Positions 33,791-40,000 of a DNA stretch of 40,000 bases are shown piece by piece. A program made the translations under genes and the position numbers. Source of the stretch: Cellvibrionaceae bacterium (GTDB lineage Bacteria > Pseudomonadota > Gammaproteobacteria > Pseudomonadales > Cellvibrionaceae); the NCBI GenBank assembly GCA_965230205.1, contig OZ245996.1, positions 2,575,978 to 2,615,977 of the forward strand. The letters run 5' to 3'. Position 1 is the first letter of the stretch, and each line of letters opens with the position of its first letter. A model generated the notes under the pieces. That model was not told where the DNA came from and searched no databases. It worked only from the letters and a program-made list of their open reading frames with translations.

Positions 33791-34012
33791 TCGATAAACC
33801 TGATGGTCGGGGAGTGCAATCAGGGTAGGAAATTATTGTTTTCCTCCTTTTATCACTTCTGTGCTTATATGTACTGTTTTTGCCTAGGCAGGATTTGTCG
33901 CTCCTATGCAGAATTATAGTTCGATACTATTCCCGACTTTGATTATTGACGCTTACTATTGCAGCTCGTATTTTTTGAGCTAATAGTATTCTTTCAGTTG
34001 TTCGGAGCTCTT

Positions 34013-35092
34013 ATGCAATTAAATAAAATCCCCGCCACTATTGTTACTGGCTTCTTAGGCAGTGGTAAAACCACACTTTTATCTAATGTACTGAAACAAG
34101 CCGCGGGTAAGCGTATTGCTGTTATTGTTAATGAATTTGGTGAATTAGACATTGATGCCGATTTATTGCGTAGTTGTCCTTTAGATTGTAGTGAAGATGA
34201 CACTGCAACGATTGCTGAGGGTGAAGACGGTATTTATGAACTGGCCAATGGTTGTATTTGCTGTACAGTAGAAGAAGAGTTCTTGCCGGTGATGAAGCAG
34301 TTAGTTGAGCGTCGTGAAGATATTGATCATATTCTAATAGAAACCTCTGGTTTAGCCTTGCCTAAACCTTTAGTTCAAGCATTTAACTGGCCTGAAATTA
34401 AACAGTATTGTACGGTAGATTCAGTCATTACTGTTGTTGATGGCCCTGCGGTTGCGGCAGGTCGTTTTGCCAGTGATGAAGAGAAAGTTCAGCAGCAACG
34501 TTTAGCTGATGACAGCCTTGACCACGACCCCAGTTTAGAAGAGTTATTAGATGATCAGTTGAGTGCCGCTGACTTGGTTGTTGTGAGCAAAAATGATCTT
34601 TTGAGTGACGAGAAACGCGAACAGGTTAAAAAATCAGTGGCAGCCAAAGTCCCTGATTCTGTTAAAACCACCTATGTGAGTAATGGTGAAGTGGCTCTGA
34701 ATGTATTAATGGGTATAGAGTCTGCAGCTGAAGAACGTATTGATCATATTCATACCCACCACGATCACCATCATGAGCATGGTGAGCACCATGAACATGC
34801 TCATGATCATTTTGATTCCTATGTTATTCGTGTTGGCGAAGTTGACAGCGATAAAGTACAAACTGTTGTTTCAGAACTGATAGCAAAGCATACCATTTAT
34901 CGTGCCAAAGGCTTTGCCGCCGTTCCGGGTAAACCAATGCGGCAGGTTCTTCAAGCAGTCGGTAAGCGTCTGGATTCTCATTTTGATCGCCTTTGGAAAG
35001 AGAATGAGCCACGTCAAACACAATTGGTTGTTATTGGGAAGGGCTTGGACGAGACTGTACTGACAACCGCTTTAAAAACCGCAGAAGCCTAG
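34013..35092 (+). CDS. cobW: CobW (COG0523 G3E GTPase metallochaperone)
   Basis: I chose the start at ATG 34013, after RBS GGAG. Motifs are the P-loop GFLGSGKTT, GCICCT (CxCC) and the His stretch HIHTHHDHHHEHGEHHEHAHDH. Confidence 0.85.
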   Translation: MQLNKIPATIVTGFLGSGKTTLLSNVLKQAAGKRIAVIVNEFGELDIDADLLRSCPLDCSEDDTATIAEGEDGIYELANGCICCTVEEEFLPVMKQLVERREDIDHILIETSGLALPKPLVQAFNWPEIKQYCTVDSVITVVDGPAVAAGRFASDEEKVQQQRLADDSLDHDPSLEELLDDQLSAADLVVVSKNDLLSDEKREQVKKSVAAKVPDSVKTTYVSNGEVALNVLMGIESAAEERIDHIHTHHDHHHEHGEHHEHAHDHFDSYVIRVGEVDSDKVQTVVSELIAKHTIYRAKGFAAVPGKPMRQVLQAVGKRLDSHFDRLWKENEPRQTQLVVIGKGLDETVLTTALKTAEA

Positions 35093-35106
35093 TAGAGATT
35101 AGCTAG

Positions 35107-38100
35107 ATGCATTTGTTGGCATCTCAACCTGGTGGTTTTACTGATGATGAAGGGATTGTAGATTTAGGGCAGTCCCCAGCTGATATTGTGATTTTATCAG
35201 CAGCCGATGGGACATTGGCAGCATTAGCCGATAGTGCTGAAGCCTTACCAGAGAATTTTCCTTCTCTGCGCCTGGCGAATTGGATGCATTTATTAAAACC
35301 TGCTGCATTCGATTTGTATCGCGATAAAGTGATTGATCATGCGCAAGTCGTTGTATTGTCTTTATTAGGAGGGAAAAATTATTGGCAATATGGCTTTGAG
35401 CAATTACAGGAATGGGTACAAGCAGATAAGCAAAAACGTTGGTTAATTATTGTCCCTGGCGATGATACACCTGATGAAACGTTGTTTGCTGCATCTAATG
35501 TGGCTGTTGAATCTGCCATTCATGTCTGGCGTTTTCTGCGAGAAGGTGGCGCTCTTAATAATCAGCAATTATTTCGCTTTCTTGCCACCGAGTACTTAGC
35601 AGAAAATTACCCCTGGCATGCTCCTCAAGTACTGCCTCGTTGTATGTTATACCTTCCTGATACTGAGTCACTTCAGGGTAGAGCGGTACCATCCTCTTTA
35701 TCAAAAAACTATCAAGACAGTTTTGCAGATTGCCAACAGCGTTGGAAAAGGTATGGCCATGATGCTCCTGTATGTGCTGTATTATTTTATAGAAGCCACT
35801 TGCAGTCAGGTAATACTGCGATGTTTGATCAGTTACTGTTGCAAATTGAATCTCAAGGTTTGAATATTTTACCTATTGCTATCGCTTCGTTAAAAGATGA
35901 AGAATCTCTGGCCTTAGTTAATACTTTTTTATTCGAGACTGAAAACCTAAAATCAGAAAACGCCGAAGAAAATAGTAAAAAAGTTGCTTTAGTTATTAAT
36001 ACGACAAGCTTTGCCAGTAATACGGTTGGCAGTCCTGATTTATCTTCGGAGCCTACTAGTTTTCAATCGCTATTTGCTATTGATGTGCCTGTATTCCAAT
36101 TAATTTTATCTAGCTCAACAGAATTGGATTGGTCTACTTATAAACAGGGCTTACGTAGTCGTGATATTGCTATGCAAGTTGTATTGCCTGAAATGGATGG
36201 TCGTATCATCACGCGGGCAGTGAGCTTTAAAGCGGAAGAGTGGTTTTCTGAACGTTGTGAGATATCTGTTGTACGCTATGCGTTACATCAAGAGAGAGCA
36301 CAATTTGTTGCCAATCTAGCTCTACAATATAGCCAGTTATCCAGCAAAAAAAACAAGGATAAACGCATAGCCCTAGTATTGGCAAACTATCCAACAAAAG
36401 ATGGGCGTATTGGTAATGGTGTGGGTTTAGATACGCCAGCGTCGACGATTAATATTCTTCAAGCGCTGCAAGATAACGGCTATTCTATTAACAATATCCC
36501 TACTGATGGAACAGCATTGATTGCTGAATTATTAGGGGCAGTGACAAATAACCCAAATACTATTCATCAATTACCGTGTTGGCAAAGTCTCTCTCTGGAA
36601 GACTATCAGGGTTACTTTTCACAATTACCCGAGGCGAATCAGCACGCAATACTAAGCCAATGGGGTGATCCAGAATCAGACCCTAAATGTCGTAATGGAC
36701 GATTGATGCTATCGGGCATTCGCTTAGGCGAAACGTTTGTTGGTATTCAGCCTGCCCGCGGCTTTAATATTGATTTAATTGCGAACTACCATGACCCGGA
36801 TTTAGTCCCTCCCCATAGCTATCTTGCATTTTATTTTTGGCTTCGCCACTGTTATAAAATTGATGCGATTATTCATGTGGGCAAACATGGCAATTTGGAA
36901 TGGTTGCCAGGAAAGGGTACGGCATTATCGGATCAATGCTGGCCTGATATTGCTTTAGGCCCATTGCCACATTTTTATCCTTTTATTGTGAATGACCCAG
37001 GCGAAGGTGCGCAGGCAAAACGTCGAGCACAAGCTGTTATTATTGATCACCTTATGCCACCTATGACGCGTGCTGAAACCTACGGCGAATTGGCTGAGTT
37101 GGAAGGGTTAGTGGATGAATACTATCAGGCAATGGGTTTGGATAGTCGCCGTGAAGAATGGTTAAAAGAAAAAATCTTAACGGTTGCTAAGCAGACGCAT
37201 ATTATTGATGAGTTACCTCAAATAAGTAAAGTTGTAAATGGATCTACCAAAACGTCGAATGATGAGGAAATTTTAGCGGAGCTAGACGCGTATTTATGCG
37301 ATATCAAAGAAGCGCAGATACGACACGGCCTACATATTTTAGGTGAGCTGCCATCACCAGAAAAACTGACCGATACATTATTGGCATTGCTGCGTTTACC
37401 TCGCGGAGAGGGGGTGAATGAACAGGGAATACTGCATAATTTGGTTAATGATTTAGATTTACACCATGTATCGGTAGACCGTAGTAATAACAAAAGCATC
37501 ACAACACTGTTTGACCCTTTACAAACCGCAGTTGAAGTTTGGCAAGGCGAATGCCCTGAGCTGTTGGAAAAGGTTATCAATAATTCATCAAATTCGGTAT
37601 GGCGCACTACGGCAGATACTCGTGAGCGTTTAGAATTATTGGCAGCAAAACTAGTGATGAAAATAATTTGCCATCCTGATGATACTCATCTTAATGTTAA
37701 TGTAGAAAAAGTCTTACCGAAAACATATCAACAACTACAGTATGTAAAAGCAACATTAATGGCAGCACTGAATAAAAGTGCGGCACAAGAAATCGATGCG
37801 TTGATGCGTGGTTTGCAGGGTTATTTTATTGAGCCTGGTCCCAGTGGAGCGCCGACTAGAGGACGATTGGATACATTGCCTACGGGAAGAAATTTTTTCT
37901 CCGTTGATAATCGTTCTATCCCGTCACCGGCAGCCTGTGCTATTGGCGAAAAGTCAGCCCAGGCATTGATTGAGCGGCATTTGCAAGAACACGGTGATTA
38001 TCCCAGGCAATTGGGTTTATCTGTTTGGGGAACTGCTACGATGCGTACCGGTGGCGATGATATTGCTCAAGCTTTTGCACTGATGGGGATTAAGCCGATA

Positions 38101-39174
38101 CGCGCTGCGGGTTCACATCGAGTGATTGATTTCGAGATCATTCCAAGTATGTTATTAAAGCGCCCTAGAGTGGATGTTACTTTGCGAGTATCTGGTTTTT
38201 TTCGTGATGCCTTTCCGAATGTAATGAAACTTTATGATGCAGCGGTATTGGCTTTGGCTGACTATGATGAGTCAGGGGGTGATAATGTTATTCAATCGAA
38301 TATTCGTAGCCGCACAGCGGCGTTAATAGCCAGTGGTCTTTCGGAAAGAGAAGCAAGTCGCCAGGCAAGTTATCGTGTATTTGGTAGTAAACCAGGTGCT
38401 TATGGTGCAGGTTTGCAGGGCTTAATTGATGAACGTTGTTGGGAAACCCGTAGCGATTTAGCAGAAGCCTATTTAAATTGGGGAGGTTATGCTTACGGTA
38501 AGCATCTTGGTAATATTGATGTCGATATTGATGGGCAAAGCATTGATAATAAAAGTACTGATAGTAAAGCAGCGAGTGCAAACAGCCATGAAGACGGCAT
38601 AGAAGCAAAGGCCGCTTTTCAATATCAATTGAGTCAGCTGGATGTTGTTGTGCAAAACCAAGATAACCGTGAACATGACTTACTGGATTCAGATGATTAC
38701 TATCAATTTCAAGGCGGCATGGTCAATGCGGTAACAGAGTTCTCTGATATGGAGCCAGTGGTGTATCACAATGATCATTCTAATCCTGCTGCCCCTAAAA
38801 TTCGGACCTTAAAAGAAGAATTGAATCGTGTGATTCGGTCTCGTGTATTAAACCCGAAATGGATTAGCGCGATGCAGAAGCATGGTTATAAAGGGGCATT
38901 TGAAATGGCTGCCAGTATCGATTATTTATTTGCCTACGATGCAACAACGAACTTAATTGATGATTACCAGTATCAACAGGTCGCTGATACATTGGTTTTT
39001 GATGAAAAAAATAAAGCGTTTTTAGAACAGCATAATCCCAATGCTTTTGAAGAAATGGCTGAACGCTTACTTGAGGCGACTCAACGTGGCCTATGGTCTA
39101 ATGATGATGGGTATGCAGAAAAGCTGCAAAATTTATTACTGGAAATAGATGCTGCTCAAGAGGGTTTGTCATGA
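35107..39174 (+). CDS. cobN: Cobaltochelatase large subunit CobN (CobN/Mg-chelatase H family)
   Basis: 1355 aa. Characteristic blocks include [29 protein letters not shown] and YHNDHSNP. It lies between cobW and cobQ. Confidence 0.9.
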   Translation: MHLLASQPGGFTDDEGIVDLGQSPADIVILSAADGTLAALADSAEALPENFPSLRLANWMHLLKPAAFDLYRDKVIDHAQVVVLSLLGGKNYWQYGFEQLQEWVQADKQKRWLIIVPGDDTPDETLFAASNVAVESAIHVWRFLREGGALNNQQLFRFLATEYLAENYPWHAPQVLPRCMLYLPDTESLQGRAVPSSLSKNYQDSFADCQQRWKRYGHDAPVCAVLFYRSHLQSGNTAMFDQLLLQIESQGLNILPIAIASLKDEESLALVNTFLFETENLKSENAEENSKKVALVINTTSFASNTVGSPDLSSEPTSFQSLFAIDVPVFQLILSSSTELDWSTYKQGLRSRDIAMQVVLPEMDGRIITRAVSFKAEEWFSERCEISVVRYALHQERAQFVANLALQYSQLSSKKNKDKRIALVLANYPTKDGRIGNGVGLDTPASTINILQALQDNGYSINNIPTDGTALIAELLGAVTNNPNTIHQLPCWQSLSLEDYQGYFSQLPEANQHAILSQWGDPESDPKCRNGRLMLSGIRLGETFVGIQPARGFNIDLIANYHDPDLVPPHSYLAFYFWLRHCYKIDAIIHVGKHGNLEWLPGKGTALSDQCWPDIALGPLPHFYPFIVNDPGEGAQAKRRAQAVIIDHLMPPMTRAETYGELAELEGLVDEYYQAMGLDSRREEWLKEKILTVAKQTHIIDELPQISKVVNGSTKTSNDEEILAELDAYLCDIKEAQIRHGLHILGELPSPEKLTDTLLALLRLPRGEGVNEQGILHNLVNDLDLHHVSVDRSNNKSITTLFDPLQTAVEVWQGECPELLEKVINNSSNSVWRTTADTRERLELLAAKLVMKIICHPDDTHLNVNVEKVLPKTYQQLQYVKATLMAALNKSAAQEIDALMRGLQGYFIEPGPSGAPTRGRLDTLPTGRNFFSVDNRSIPSPAACAIGEKSAQALIERHLQEHGDYPRQLGLSVWGTATMRTGGDDIAQAFALMGIKPIRAAGSHRVIDFEIIPSMLLKRPRVDVTLRVSGFFRDAFPNVMKLYDAAVLALADYDESGGDNVIQSNIRSRTAALIASGLSEREASRQASYRVFGSKPGAYGAGLQGLIDERCWETRSDLAEAYLNWGGYAYGKHLGNIDVDIDGQSIDNKSTDSKAASANSHEDGIEAKAAFQYQLSQLDVVVQNQDNREHDLLDSDDYYQFQGGMVNAVTEFSDMEPVVYHNDHSNPAAPKIRTLKEELNRVIRSRVLNPKWISAMQKHGYKGAFEMAASIDYLFAYDATTNLIDDYQYQQVADTLVFDEKNKAFLEQHNPNAFEEMAERLLEATQRGLWSNDDGYAEKLQNLLLEIDAAQEGLS

Positions 39175-40000
39175 CCTCACATCTACTGACAACGGCTTCG
39201 ACAACAAAAACCAAACAGAAGCAACGCCCATTTCAATCACCTCATACGTTGATGGTGCAAGGCACAACGTCCGATGCGGGTAAAAGTATTTTAGTCACCG
39301 CTTTATGCCGTATTTTGGCAAGACACAAATTTTCTGTTGCCCCTTTTAAGCCTCAAAATATGGCGTTAAATAGTGCAGTAACTGCCGAGGGCGGTGAGAT
39401 CGGTAGGGCCCAAGCGGTTCAAGCCGATGCCTGTTATTTGCCCGCGTCTATTGCTATGAACCCTGTCTTATTAAAACCTAACAGTGACCTGGGAGCTCAG
39501 GTTATTGTTAATGGTCAGACAATCGGTAATATGCGAGCTCAGGAATACCATCAATACAAGCCTGAGTTGTTAAAAACGGTTATCTCAGCTCATGCAGATT
39601 TACAAAGTATTTATCAGACCGTCATAGTAGAAGGTGCGGGTAGCCCAGCAGAAATTAATTTACGGGCTCATGATATTGCCAATATGGGATTTGCTGAAGC
39701 GATCGATTGTCCAGTTATTATTGTTGCTGATATTGATCGCGGCGGTGTATTTGCTCACTTATATGGCACCTATGCTTTGTTGAGTGAGACTGAAAAGCGG
39801 CGTGTTCAAGGTTTTGTGATTAATCGTTTTCGAGGTGATGTTAAGTTGTTGGAGCCAGGCCTGTCATGGTTGGAAGAAAAAACGGGCGTGCCAACATTAG
39901 CGGTTATTCCCTATATTCCTAACCTGCATATAGAGGCTGAGGATAGTTTGGCTCGTCAACAACATACTGAACAGCCATCTTTAAAACAAGCATCTGATGC
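39171..40000 (+). CDS. cobQ: Cobyric acid synthase CobQ/CbiP, N-terminal part (runs off the right edge)
   Basis: An ATGA start/stop overlap with cobN. The translation is ...[23 protein letters not shown]...[10 protein letters not shown]...[11 protein letters not shown]. It is absent from the ORF track because there is no stop in the window. Confidence 0.85.
   Translation, partial: MTSHLLTTASTTKTKQKQRPFQSPHTLMVQGTTSDAGKSILVTALCRILARHKFSVAPFKPQNMALNSAVTAEGGEIGRAQAVQADACYLPASIAMNPVLLKPNSDLGAQVIVNGQTIGNMRAQEYHQYKPELLKTVISAHADLQSIYQTVIVEGAGSPAEINLRAHDIANMGFAEAIDCPVIIVADIDRGGVFAHLYGTYALLSETEKRRVQGFVINRFRGDVKLLEPGLSWLEEKTGVPTLAVIPYIPNLHIEAEDSLARQQHTEQPSLKQASD

Overview
Low-GC (about 40%) gammaproteobacterial-looking chromosome. 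I cannot name the organism from sequence alone. The window has three parts.

(1) 1-9400, housekeeping genes: a moeA fragment, moaB, a TupABC-type tungstate ABC transporter, an iGluR-like binding-domain/channel fusion, a REC-GGDEF regulator with a degenerate active site, a lipoprotein, cmoM, a MazG-like gene, a DUF2244 membrane protein and hyi.

(2) A cobalamin (B12) biosynthesis locus in two riboswitch-controlled blocks.
- Block A (9460-21709): riboswitch, a broken cbtB-like small ORF, fused chlID, cobO, cobB, a NiCoT-like transporter, cbiD, cobK, cobH, cobL, cobI, cbiG, cobJ and cobM.
- Block B (31688-40000): cbiX(long) and a His-rich lipoprotein on the minus strand. A second riboswitch precedes cobW, cobN and cobQ on the plus strand.

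(3) A chromosomal integron (22115-29830) plus an SDR/LysR pair, wedged between the two B12 blocks.
- It has an intact intI with a perfect LexA box over its promoter, and about 11 cassettes bounded by attC sites with conserved TAACAAG...GCGTTA ends.
- Cassette cargo is dominated by toxin/immunity functions: a SUKH-3-like orphan immunity gene; a SymE-like type I toxin with its own LexA-like box and an antisense promoter; an inverted ParDE pair; and a Tse2-like toxin overlapped by an unlisted 58-aa acidic ORF.

The most interesting items are the Tse2-like two-gene cassette, the SOS-wired SymE-like cassette, the frameshifted cbtB-like ORF just after riboswitch 1, and the mixed chelatase content of the B12 locus (CbiX/CbiG/CbiD together with CobN/ChlID/CobW). 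No rRNA, tRNA or CRISPR array was seen. All family assignments come from motif recognition by eye and need HMM or BLAST confirmation.
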